Assembly (NCBI GenBank): GCA_976551045.1 | Contig: CDPCPM010000060.1 | Location: forward strand, 4,712,001-4,776,000 | DNA: 64,000 nucleotides | Reading direction: 5' to 3' | Source of the DNA: Glaucostegus cemiculus | Lineage: Eukaryota | Shown here: in pieces, positions 1 to 11,680 of the stretch | Layout of the letters: the number at the start of each line of letters is the position of its first letter | How positions within the stretch are numbered: position 1 is the first letter of the stretch | Translations under genes and position numbers: made by a program | The notes under the pieces: generated by a model | Database searches by the model: none | What the model saw: only the letters and a program-made list of their open reading frames with translations | Told to the model about the DNA's origin: nothing

Positions 1-3000
1 ATAGCCTTGCACAACTTGCAGTAAGAGCAGTCAGTGTAAGTTAATTAATGTAAAGTATACATCCATAAAATTCTATTAATATTAGATCATATTTGAATTT
101 TAACATATTTGCAGAAATTAGTACATTATTCTTTACACATCTCTCAAAGTTGACATACCTTGTGTGTGTGCTGTTGGTATCAATACTTCAACTTGTGCTC
201 TGCTGTGACACAATGCACACTGTAGCTGCACAACACATTATAACACATTTTTTTCCCCCCACACAACAGAAAATTATGAAGTAGGAAATAAAACAGTGGC
301 ACACCCACTGAGGTAAAGGAAGAAGCAAACAAGTGACATGGAACCAAGCCAGATAACAGAACTTAAGGTTGGTAGTATTCCAGCACAAAATCCAAAAGAA
401 AGCTGTGCACTTTAATCACATGAATCTTTACTATTCACATCAAGGAAACCCAAAATATATGTTCTGAGTTCAGAATTATGTTTTCATTTTACTAAATATA
501 AAAGTAAAGATTTTACTGTTAACAGAATATGATACCAAGGAAGTGAGTGTTGCAGAATCGTACTCCAAGTAGATTTGATCCTCTTTTAGTTATTCATGTT
601 TATCTTCTCACTATCTATGTAGTATATTGATAGAAGGTTAATTTTAAAATTGGTCTGTGCAGTGAGAACATTCTTATCCACCTCCATTATAAACAGTTTG
701 AATTCAGGGTAGAAAAGAGCACTATGCACCTATTCCAGACGGGTATTGCATCTCATGTGCAGTATTTTGAACCTCATGACTTTAAACTTCTGTTTAAATT
801 ATGCAAATAAGTTGGTATTTACTTAGAATCAAAACTTTAGCCATCTACCTCAGCTTTCAGTTACCACAAGTGGTTAAAACAGAGTTTAAAAAGGTCCAGA
901 ATATCTGTACAGATCAAGGTATTGTCATCTCACCTTTTAATCAGGTGAACAACATGGCAAGGTGTTCAAAAAATGTTTGATATTAATGGAAAGGATGACA
1001 GAAGTTTGTTATGCTTTTACAATTTTCATGACCAATTTCCATGCACAAAGTGTGGCACTTCACTTGATTAGTTTTATAAAATGAAGACTGTAATGAAATA
1101 TATCACAAACTTTAGCACTTTACCAATTATAAATTAGAACTAAATTGGATTTTATGATGAAAGTTCAAAAAAATTGCAAAGGCTGTGCCTTTATTTTGGG
1201 ACGACTACATCACCATACACACTGCTTACAATAAATTAGAGGTTACCTAGTACTGTGATGACAGTGGTGCTTTATTTTGAAAATGCAGTGTATTATTATG
1301 TAACATATATTTTATCTCCGGAGTTATTCACTGGAGGCAATATTTAGACTAAGTGCATCCCTCTCCTTGAAGGCAAATAATCAGTTTTATCTTTAGACAT
1401 ATTTTGTAAGGAATTAATCCACAACAAGAAAAAGAAATGAGCTTGGGTCTCATTTACCTACCACAGGGTGAGTACAAGTGGTTAATAGGTTGATGTGATG
1501 GTCCATGATATCTTTGACTATTTACTAGCAATCTGGCACCAAAGAAATTCATCTCAAACAGATCCCCCCAATAGCCAATCAACTGCTCACCAAGTCATAG
1601 TATGGATTCTGCCCACCCAGAGACATGATCCTCGCCATGTGACAACTCCAAGAAGTGAAGCAGAATTAATCCATATCCTTGACCTTTTTTTGACTTCACA
1701 AAAAGGTATTTGTCTCTGTCAGTCCTTTCAAATTTGACTGCCCTCCAATTTGTCTCCATTTTACATGTTACATAATGATATATGTGGCATGATTCTAAAC
1801 AATAGATTCATAAGGGAGCCAATTTTGGATAAATACATTTCAAGCAAGGCTGTGCCTTTGCCTCAGTACTTTCGTCAAAGATTTTCTTGTAATAATACTG
1901 CAGTGTGCATGAGTAGATAGAATGTTAACTGCCCATTTGCCTGGTTTCAACAAGGTGTGTACTGCTCATATATCATGACATAAGGAAGCCATTCATCCCA
2001 CTGAGTAGTCTCAAAGTATTCCCATCAGTCCCATCTCCTACTTATTTCCCTGCAATCTGCTCTCATCACATGCCCATCAGTTCCCCTGGATTCTTCTGCC
2101 ACTCTCCTACACTGGTGGGTAATTTAAAAATCACATCTTTTTCTTGTTGTTAAATAACTTCCATGTGGGATTAAACATCTGGATTCTGATGAGACGTCAG
2201 CAAGAGAGTGAGGCTACACTGTGTAGTTCCCTACATTTTCAATAAGTTCTCTGCACATGCTGTCTGCTCCCCACTTCACAGGGAGACAATAAATTCAGCT
2301 CTCTTGACAAAGAAGGATTGGTGGCCTCCCTGATGGATTGCTGGGTTGCAAATTGCAATACATTAAACATATCAGCAACTGCAGATAGAAAGGCAAAGAG
2401 ATTCAAGGCTACTCTGACCATTACATAAAGGGTAGGAGATTCTTGCCCTTGCCATTTGCCCAAAATGCGACAGATCCCTGAGTGAAATGTAATATCTGAC
2501 CACTACTCCCGAGTATAGAAGGAAATTGCTCTCAGAATTTGCAATACATTTAGCATAAAATGCATAAAGCATTTAGCCATTCCCAATGGGCCTTCATTCA
2601 TTCTCACTGTCATGAGCAGAGTGGCACTGCCATCAAATGCCCATGTTTGGTATATAAAAGGCTTCAGAAATACTGTATATGTATTTCAGCTTCAGTCTAA
2701 ACTTACAATCACTCCATAAACAGCACAAATTACTGGTGAGATTAATACTTCTGGGATTCCTTCAGACTGTCCCTACTTGGTGTAGTAGAGGGAGAGTCTC
2801 CTGGAGCAGTCTAGTTGTTTACAACTGTGGTTCTCTTGTACTAAACCACATTGAGTCCTACCTCTTCATCAGTCCTGTTGCACAACAACTTCTGCTGGCA
2901 AAAATCAGATGCCTGCAAAACTCACACTTGCTCAACTAACCATGATCATGTCACCCACAGGATAAGAATTTTTTTAAAAACTGGGCTACTGTGCAGATCC

Positions 3001-5820
3001 TGCTCAACTACTTAATTGTTGTGACTCTGGTCCATCACCATAGATCAAGAATATCCAGGATGAAACAAGAAAAAAAAATGCTCCAGTGCCCAATGAGACC
3101 AGCTGGGAATGGAATGCCTTGCCAACCACAGGTTATTATAACTAGGACTACTGTCGATACTGGATCAAGATGAAGAAAGCAAAAGGGATACACGTCTCAA
3201 CTCTTTGGACTATGTTTCTAGAAATTACACTTAAGTGTCCAAGAATGATCAATTTTGACTAATCTCTATATCAGGGATCAGATTCACATTGAAACACCAA
3301 AGACAAAGTCCTGAGAGTGGAACCCGGCATACTTTGGAGAATGAGTTTGTGGAGTTGGGAAATGGGAGGAGACTGTTGTTTTGTAGTTCATACAAAGTTT
3401 GTACATTGTATGCTGTGGGTTTCAACAAACATGTCCAATCAAGTGATGTAACTATTGGTTGGCCAGAAACACCAGGTGATAGTGACCTAGCTCCACACCC
3501 TTCGTAGTCTAGATGCTTAGTCAACCAGTGAAGGAGGAGAATTAGTATAACAGGTCTTGAGAGCTATTACAAATATGCCTTACATGTCCTATACCATCAA
3601 GTACTGTGGTCTGTCAGTATAACTGGACAGCAAATCCTTGTAGGCTACAGAAAGACCTAGAACACCCATTAAATAGACCAAATCCCACAAGTGGAACCAA
3701 ATAGTACAGTTTGGTTGTGAAGCAGGGGGAGCATCCTGCTGCTAAATGTCAAGTTTCACATGTATGTTTAACAATGTTCATTCACATAACCCAAGCATAA
3801 CCCAAGTTGGCAGTGCTGAGTTTTGTTCAGCACCAGTTGCTATTTTACTTCATAAGTTTTGCTCCTGCAAATCCAAATTACTAATCACACTGATGAGCAC
3901 TGAATGTATGTGGACATTTCAAACTAGAGGCATTTCACTGCCCAGAATTCCATAAGTATAGCAGAAGGAGCCCAATTTATCACTTATGACCTCTGATCAA
4001 CTTTATCAGCATTTGATGTTTTTTGCTTTTGCAGAATTAGCAATCTATAAAGTGCAGCAAATATATTTTCCAAAATTCCCATTCAATCTTTGCAGTATAT
4101 TGGTAGCTTGCAGAGTATTGGCTGTTAGAGGTGAAGATGACTTCACCTTCTCAGTGCCAGCTCTAGACTGGAGTTATACAGAACAGATTATATGTCACCT
4201 CAATGTGTGTGGAACCTACTGCGTCATCCTCTGAATTACATCACCAGTTGTAACCTTAATTCTTAATTTCTCAACTCTTTCTCACTAATTTCAAATGTTG
4301 AAAAAGATACCAGACACCAATTCTGAGTCACAGTTTGAGTTTTATGCTGCCATTGAAGGAATCTGATCTATTTGATCTCATTCTGAAATTGATTTACATC
4401 ACTCCTTAATTACCAAACAGCTCCTGAAGTTACTTATCCATATGATTTAAGGGTATTTGGGATAATGCACACAAACACATCTATCCAACATATGAATAGT
4501 TGTGTAATATAAATGAAGAAACTAGCATTCTGAGCTATGATGAGCTCAATTTAAAAAGAATGTGCACCCAATCAAATTTGTGTGTTTAGAATCCTGCTGA
4601 TAAATGTACTATTCTTTAGTGAATTGGGTGATTAACATTTCACAGAATAAGCAAAGGCACTGCCAGCTATAAGAAATAGTATGAAATTTAGAGCTAGTTT
4701 AAATATTATATCAAAATAAAAGTGAAGGTCAAGGATGAGCACTTTTTATTGGATCTCCTTACACAGCAGTGTTTCCTTATTTTAGGTTCCTTGTCTTGAA
4801 AGAAGATGTTTACCAAATTCAAAGTCCAGTGTCAACACATATTTCTGTCATTGTCAAGGTCATGGCACTTACCCAAAAGTTATTTTATTAGTCACAAAAT
4901 TTATTCTAGAAAAAGACTACAAAATACTCCTTTAAGCAACTTGCAAGCTTGATACTGCTATTAATAAATCATGCATTACCTGAAATGAACTATGTAGCCT
5001 GAAAGGAGCAATTTGACCTTGCAAGAATGGCTGATATGGCAATTTTGCCTTTAACATACAAAATCAAACTTTTAATTTAAAGATTATATTAAAAAAAACT
5101 ACTTCTTTAAATACAATAATGGAAATTGATGGGGCCACTCTTGGAAGTCTGCCAGGCCCATCATTTTATGTCTTGCAGTTCAGAAAGCCATATCGTCACT
5201 TTCCTGCCAGTGTTACTTTCCTGCCAGTGTTTCCTGTTTATTGTGACAGACTGCTATATTAGAAGTAGGTACTATAGGCACAATATTAAGCGCCAAGAGC
5301 CGAATTTCTATTAGTACACCAAGTGCATGAATTCTGAAATTCTGCAGATATTACTAGGTTCCAAATTCCACAATCGAGAATCTGGAATGTTTTATTTTGA
5401 GGCTGTGGCTGGGAGCCTGACAGATCATATTACATTCATTAACTGCAAGAAATTTTGTTTAAATTAATCCTACAATAATTTTCACATTTTATGACCTCTG
5501 TTAGTCTGACTTGCCTGTAAGAAACTGTTCATTTCTAATTTCTGTACTCTTTCCATTACATTACTTTCTCCTTTAACAAGCTGGCTTAGTATCTTAATGC
5601 AACACTATCTTACCCAGTACTGTTGCCTCATCAATATTGTTGCTCATCTGGGCCACCTGTAATGTCTATCCAACATTCATATTCCATTGAGAGTGCCAGT
5701 GGCAGAAGAAGAATAAGCAGAGTGGGGAAGAAAAAAGCAGATTTCAGCCATTTGACATCCACTTGGAATTAAACCAGATATTCAGGTCCAGAGGCAGACA
5801 TTTTCCTAATTTGTGGAGAA

Positions 5821-5929
5821 CTGCCACATTAACCTAAATCTATTCTTCTGAGCTTGAAACAGGTTATAGATCCGTTGTTTCTATAACCTATTTCAAGCTC
5901 AGAAGACAAGAGTTGGGTTAATGTGGCGG
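5821..5929. repeat. Long inverted repeat (50-bp arms, 9-nt loop)
   Basis: Arm 5821-5870 pairs with 5880-5929: 44 of 50 positions are Watson-Crick and 2 more are G-U on the + strand; loop TCCGTTGTT. Confidence 0.9.
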
Positions 5930-7224
5930 CCACCAGCTATGCTGGCTTCAAGTTCAATACTGTGCAACACCAGGCTGAAATTTGTCATGGTCTGAGAAGG
6001 CAAAATTCAGCACATTTAGAGTGGTGACTTGAAAGTCAGCTCTCCATTAATGTACAGGTGCCACTTGACCACCAGAACAGAATTAAGCAGGCGAATACTC
6101 AACATTCTGACTCCATCCACATTAGCTTCAGTTTGCAACAATCTACTGATTCAGACTGAAAGAATGATGGTTCCGACAGGACCATTGGTTTACTTGTCAC
6201 CATGGCCGTTATATTGCTGAGGAAGCACAGAAGAGAAACTGAAAGCAAATACAACAGTTTCATGCCACCAACTAAATTTTGCTGATGCTTAATTGGCCTG
6301 CTAAAAAGAACCCAGTTTCTAGGATAGGCCAGTTGTGGGGAAAAAATTAGCTTCCAATGTGTGTTACGTATTTTTTTTTACATATAGAGAAAAGAAACTA
6401 TTCAGAAGGACCCAAATGTTGGTGTGAAGGAAAATCAAAAGTAGCCAACATGAGGCCAGCAGGAAAACTAGGTTAACAACTCAGTAATTGACAGATTATG
6501 CTCCTGACATCTGTACTGTATGGCCAGTTTATCATCATCATAAAGACATAGAGGACAAATCAACCTCATTAATAATCAACTCTGTCTAATTACATTCTAT
6601 TCTTCCAACGTTTTGGGAATGGATTTAATGCAACAGGTACACATATGCCTTTGTAGTAAAATCACTGCAGTGCAGATAAAATAGTAATGTAAACAGATAA
6701 TTTTAAAATTACAATCACAGCTATTGGACATGTGAAGATTCACAATTGTTCCAAATATGAAAATTCAATAACCAGGGCAAAATCTAGTACTGTTGTGTTC
6801 TCATTAATGCCAAATTCCAATGTGTTAGGTAAATAAACAAACCCTGATATTTGAGGAAACCTTGCCAGAAACATCTTGTAATTTGAAACATCTCAACCTC
6901 TCCCTTTCTCAGCCTTTGTTTTAAAGAAAGGAGAAACACTGGTAATCACGTTTTTCTCACACATTATTCCCTTAAGTCTTGGGTGCTACTCAGTCTCCTC
7001 TCCAAAGTCTGGATATAGATAAGACAAAATAAAATAAAATATAGGAGCAGAAATACACTTTTTGAAATGGTCATTAGCAGCTTGATCTAATAAAAAGTAA
7101 AGAAATATATCATCATATGATATTTTGGTTGTTTTGGTTCAGCATAAAAACCCACTAGTACACTAGAAGAAATGCATGTGCTTCTGCCAATCATGTGATG
7201 GTATCTTTTATATCTGCAAGAGAG

Positions 7225-7390
7225 GGTGGCTAATATTTTGGCTTAACATCTCATTGGAAAGATGCATTTTTCTCAGTGCAGCAATCCCTCAATACTACAT
7301 TGAATTGTCAAAACAGATTATGTCATTTTCTTGGACTTGAATCTATAGCCTTCAGGTTCAATGTTAAGTGCTGCCACTAAGTCAAGGCCA
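7225..7390 (-). mobile_element. Degenerate Deu-domain SINE relic (SacSINE1/AmnSINE-like)
   Basis: Resembles the reverse complement of the recalled head/Deu segment (TTAACATCTCATTGGAAAGATG...CAGTGCAGCAATCCCTCAATACTACATTG...GGACTTGAATC). Identified from memory of the consensus. Confidence 0.5.
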
Positions 7391-8399
7391 GTGCAAGTAT
7401 TCCTGCCCTAGTGGTGGTTCATAAGATAGTGGGAGCTAAAAATGTCATCATTCTTTATTGGAACAAAACAGGACAGCTTAAAAACTGAAAATGATGCAAG
7501 TACACTTGCTAACTTTAAACAAAGGGGTGAAAAGGTGTTAGGTTACTTCTGGCATGTTCTGGTACAACATGATGCAGACAGCAGGAGACAGACTTTCTAT
7601 TTCCACCTGTTTTTGTTTTCAGTTACTATAAAACATCACTGGAATCTACTTTAAACCAAGTTGTAGGATGACAGTGAGGTGGGGGGATGAACTTTGGTCA
7701 GTAAAACTGACTGAGCAGTTACAAAGAAAGGAGATCATTCTGGTCTTCTGAAAGTGGGCCATTCAACCCGTTTGCTATTCAGTGAGATCATGGAAGGACC
7801 ATCTTAGCTCCATCTGCACACCTGTATTAATATCTTTTTATACTCTTATCTTGCAAAAATCTGATTCCAAGTTTATGTCTCAATATTCAACTCATTACTT
7901 TCAAAATCCTATACCGATCGATTTTTCCAGTACATTTTTTAACCAATATATTACTTTTAATTTCATCACTTTTGCTTGGCCTTTGCTTCCACATTATGTG
8001 CATTCTCTGTGTCCTCTGTAGTAAAAAGGGATACAAAATATTTATCTTCACTGCTAATTCCTCGTTCCCCATAATAGCTATTTATGCCCCTGCCATTAAA
8101 CAGCCCACATCTACTTTCTCTAGTTCATTTTTTGTTACATACTTGAAAAACCTCATGTTTCTATATTCCTTGTTAGCTATCATTCAGTTTTTGTTTTGTC
8201 CTTCCTTACCATTTCTTAAGAGAAGAGAACACACCATGCCTCCACTTAAGCTGTTAGCCTGGCATTTACCCCATTTATGGAAATGTGCCCAGGCACAAAA
8301 AACAAAGTAAATCCCATCAGTCCTCAAAGCAATGGAAGATATTGTCTACAGTACTATAAAATGCCAATAACCTACTCAATAACACCACATTAGGATTCA

Positions 8400-8900
8400 G
8401 GACCATTAGTCCAGACAAATGTGGATGGAAAAGCCAATTTCTAGTGGCATGATAAGAGTTAAGGTCATTGATGTTACGACACCATTAGTTTAAGAATGGC
8501 ACTAAGGGCCCTTAATTAGATTGAAGTAAATACAAATCAAGGAGAAAACCTTTCATTGGCTAGAGTCACACCTTGTATAAAGGAAGATGGCTGTGATTGT
8601 TGGAGCCGATCATCAGCGCCAATCTTTTGTTGCAGAAGTTCCTCAGGGTAGTCTATTCATTTGATCCAAGACCTCTGTTGCATCATAAGTTCAGAAGTGG
8701 GCTTGTTTGCCAAAGATTGCACAAATTTCTTCACAGCTCCTCAAATAATGAATTACTCCATGTTCACATGCAGCAAGATTATTCACTTAAACCTGAACAG
8801 ATAGGTTGATATGCAACATTTGTAAGGCACAATTGTGATTTACCACCAACAACGGAGAGTATAATCACCTCCTTTTGACATTCAACAGTATTACTATCTG
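8400..8900 (+). mobile_element. Old CR1/L2-clade LINE RT fragment, heavily decayed
   Basis: Residual RT-like peptide around 8540-8650 (GENLSLARV.../RKMAVIVG/VPQGS-like) with indels. Confidence 0.5.
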
Positions 8901-9165
8901 GTCCATCTGCTTACTCCACATCTGACTGGCATACACAGCAGATTCCCTGACCTTGTTTAGAAAGATACATAGTTTAATTTTCTCTCTTACTTAGGCTTTT
9001 TTTATTCATTCCCAGAAACTAAATGGTGTTAAAATGTGTAACTTTTGTTGTAAAAAGTTTTATTTTTCAAAATTATTCAAATGCATTTGAACTATTAAAT
9101 GCTTTAAAAAAAAAATCAAAAGGCCTTCCAGACATCCAGGAAACAAAGAGAAGTACTATAAATGC

Positions 9166-9535
9166 AAAAGTTGGGTGCCTTTTGTACTGAGACCAAGTAT
9201 TCACTAATAGAACAAAAACTAGGATTCACCACCCAAGGCCTGGTCACCGCTTGCAGACCATTGCCTCACAGGGTAACCACAGTAGCAAGATTTCAAGGAT
9301 AATAGATTCACTTGGCCATAGAAGGTGTGGCATGGGAAAAGCACAGGAGGGGTGAGAGGAAGCAACAAGTCTGGTCAAGCACAATCCAGCCCATTAAAAT
9401 GAAAGTGGAAAATAAACTTGATTTCACCCAATTTAAACTTTTTCAGACAAATACGTCAGTTTCCAGCACTTGTTGGTCAAAGTTTTTATTCTATCACTGA
9501 ATACTCAGTCTCAGTCCAAAAGGCACCCAACTTTT
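9166..9535. repeat. MITE-like element with 55-bp inverted arms
   Basis: 9166-9220 versus the reverse complement of 9481-9535: 49/55 identical, with a 260-bp non-coding spacer. Confidence 0.75.
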
Positions 9536-9780
9536 ACAGATATTTACTCTTTGTGAGTTTTGGGCAATTTCTCAAGATGCTTTACTAGAAACAGATAATT
9601 AGAGATGAGGTTATCAGTACCTAAAGCAAACAGGATGTGTCTCATGATTGAAAAGTACTACAATTAGTTTTAACAATTAAAAAGTCATCATGTAGATGGA
9701 ACATACAGCATGGTTCTCCTCTAATCTTGATGGTATGGAGAAATCCAACATGCAAAAAAATAGAGCCCATGTACATACAT

Positions 9781-9990
9781 GAGGGGGAAGAGAGGGGGAA
9801 GAGAGGGGGAAGAGAGGGGGAAGAGAGGGGGAAGAGAGGGGGAAGAGAGGGGGAAGAGAGGGGGAAGAGAGGGGGAAGAGAGGGGGAAGAGAGGGGGAAG
9901 AGAGGGGGAAGAGAGGGGGAAGAGAGGGGGAAGAGAGGGGGAAGAGAGGGGGAAGAGAGGGGGAAGAGAGGGGGAAGAGAGGGGGAGAAA
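9781..9990 (+). repeat. Homopurine minisatellite (GAGGGGGAAGA)x18 plus a partial unit
   Basis: Perfect 11-bp period read directly; it accounts for the spurious repetitive ORFs at 9642-10047. Confidence 0.97.
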
Positions 9991-10197
9991 TCAGAGAAAG
10001 CTTTGAGATTCATCTTTTGTCATTCATATGTATTACTTAAGAAATAAAGATGTTTATAAAATATCCAGACTGAACAGCCTAATATATCGTTATTAACAGG
10101 TTGCCTTCTTAGGCCATCTTGGCCTTCTTAGGCCATCTTTTGGGGTGAAGGATGATTTGCTTCCAGTTCTGAGGACTGGAAGGTCCCTGTACAGGAA

Positions 10198-11680
10198 TTG
10201 GCAAGTGGGGTTAAAGAAAATCCCAAGGTTTTTTTTTCCACTTATGTGAAGAGCAGAAGAATGATGAGAGTAAAGGTAGGACCGATAGAGACAAAGGTGG
10301 GAAGATGTGCCTGGAAGCTGTGGAAGTGGGTGAGGTTTTCAATGAATACTTCTCTTCCATATTCACCAAACAGAGGTGCCTGGATGACGCTGATGACAGT
10401 GTTGGTAAGGTTAATGTTCTGGAGCATGTAGATATCAAGAGAGAGAATGTGTTGGAGCTGTTAGAAAATATTAGGACAAATAAGTCGCCGGGGCCTGACG
10501 GAATAATCCCCAGGCTGCTCTGCAAGGTGAGGGGGGAGATTGCTGAAGCGTTGGCTAGGATCTTTGAGTCCTTGTTGTCCACAGGAATGGTACCAGAGGA
10601 TTGGAGGGTGGCAAATGTTGTCTCCTTATTCAAAAAAGATAGTAGGGATAGTCCAGGGAATTACAGACCAGTGAGCCTTACGTCTGTGATGGGTAAGCTG
10701 TTGGAAAGGATTCTTAGAGATAGGATCTATGAGCATTTAGAGAATCATGGACTGATTAGGGACAGCCAGCATGGCTTTGTAAAAGGAAGATCATTTCTCA
10801 CAAGCCTGATAGGGTACTTTAAGGAAGTGACCAGGCAGATTGATGAGGGCAGTGCAGTAGATGTGGTCTACATGGATTTTAGTAAGGCGTTTGACAAGTT
10901 CCACATGGTAGGCTTCTTCAAAAGGTCAGAGGGCAAGGAATCCAGGGAGACTTGGCCATGTGGATTCAGAATTGACTTGCCTGTAGAAAGCAGAGGGTTG
11001 TGGCAGAGGGAGTGCATTCAGATTGGAGGGCTGTGACCAGCAGTGTCCCACAAGGATCGGTTCTCGGACCTCTACTTTTCATGATATTTATTAGTGACTT
11101 GGGTGAGGAGGTAGAAGGGTAGATTAGCAAGTTTGCAGACGACACAAAGGTCGGTGGTGTTGTGGATAGTGTGGAGGGCTGTCAAAGATTGCAGTGAAAT
11201 ATCGGTAGGATGCAGAGCTGAGCTGAGAAGTGGCAGACGGAGTTCAATCGAGAGAAGTGTGAGGTGGTACACTTTGGAAGGACAAACTCCAAGGCAGAGC
11301 ACAAGGTTAATGGCAGGATTCTGGGGAGTGTGGAGGAGCAGAGGGATCTGGGGGTTCATATCCACAGATCACTGAAAGTTGCCTCACAGGTGGATAGGTT
11401 AGTTAGGAAAGCTTATGGGATGTTAGCTTTCATAAGTCGTGGGATCGAGTTTAAGAGCCACAAGGTAATGATGCAACTCTACAAAATTCTGTTTAGACCA
11501 CACTTGGAGCACTGTGTCCAGCCTGGTTGCCTCATTATAGGAAGGATGTGGAAGCATTGGAAAGGGTCCAGAGGAGATTTCCCAGGATGCTGCCTGGTTT
11601 GGAGAGTATGGATTATGAGGAGAGACTAAGGGAGCTAGGGCTTTACTCTTTGGAGAGAAGGTGGATGAGGGGAAACAAGA
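10198..11680 (+). mobile_element. Outer 5'-truncated CR1 LINE, left part (RT region with frameshifts and stops)
   Basis: ORF pieces contain NYRPVSLTS, SQHGFVKGRS, VDVVYMDFSKAFDK, FADD (11132-11143) and RPHLEHCVQ. The sequence breaks at ...RMRG and resumes at 14807. Confidence 0.93.

Noticed and set aside
4536-4600. C/D box snoRNA (ATGATGA...CTGA)
   Set aside because: There is no terminal stem and no recognisable rRNA antisense element.
9781-9990. CRISPR-like array
   Set aside because: There are no spacers, and the DNA is eukaryotic.
9642-10047. Repetitive ORFs (GEERGKRGGRE)n and (PSLPPLFPLSS)n
   Set aside because: They are translations of the 11-bp minisatellite, which contains no stop codons.
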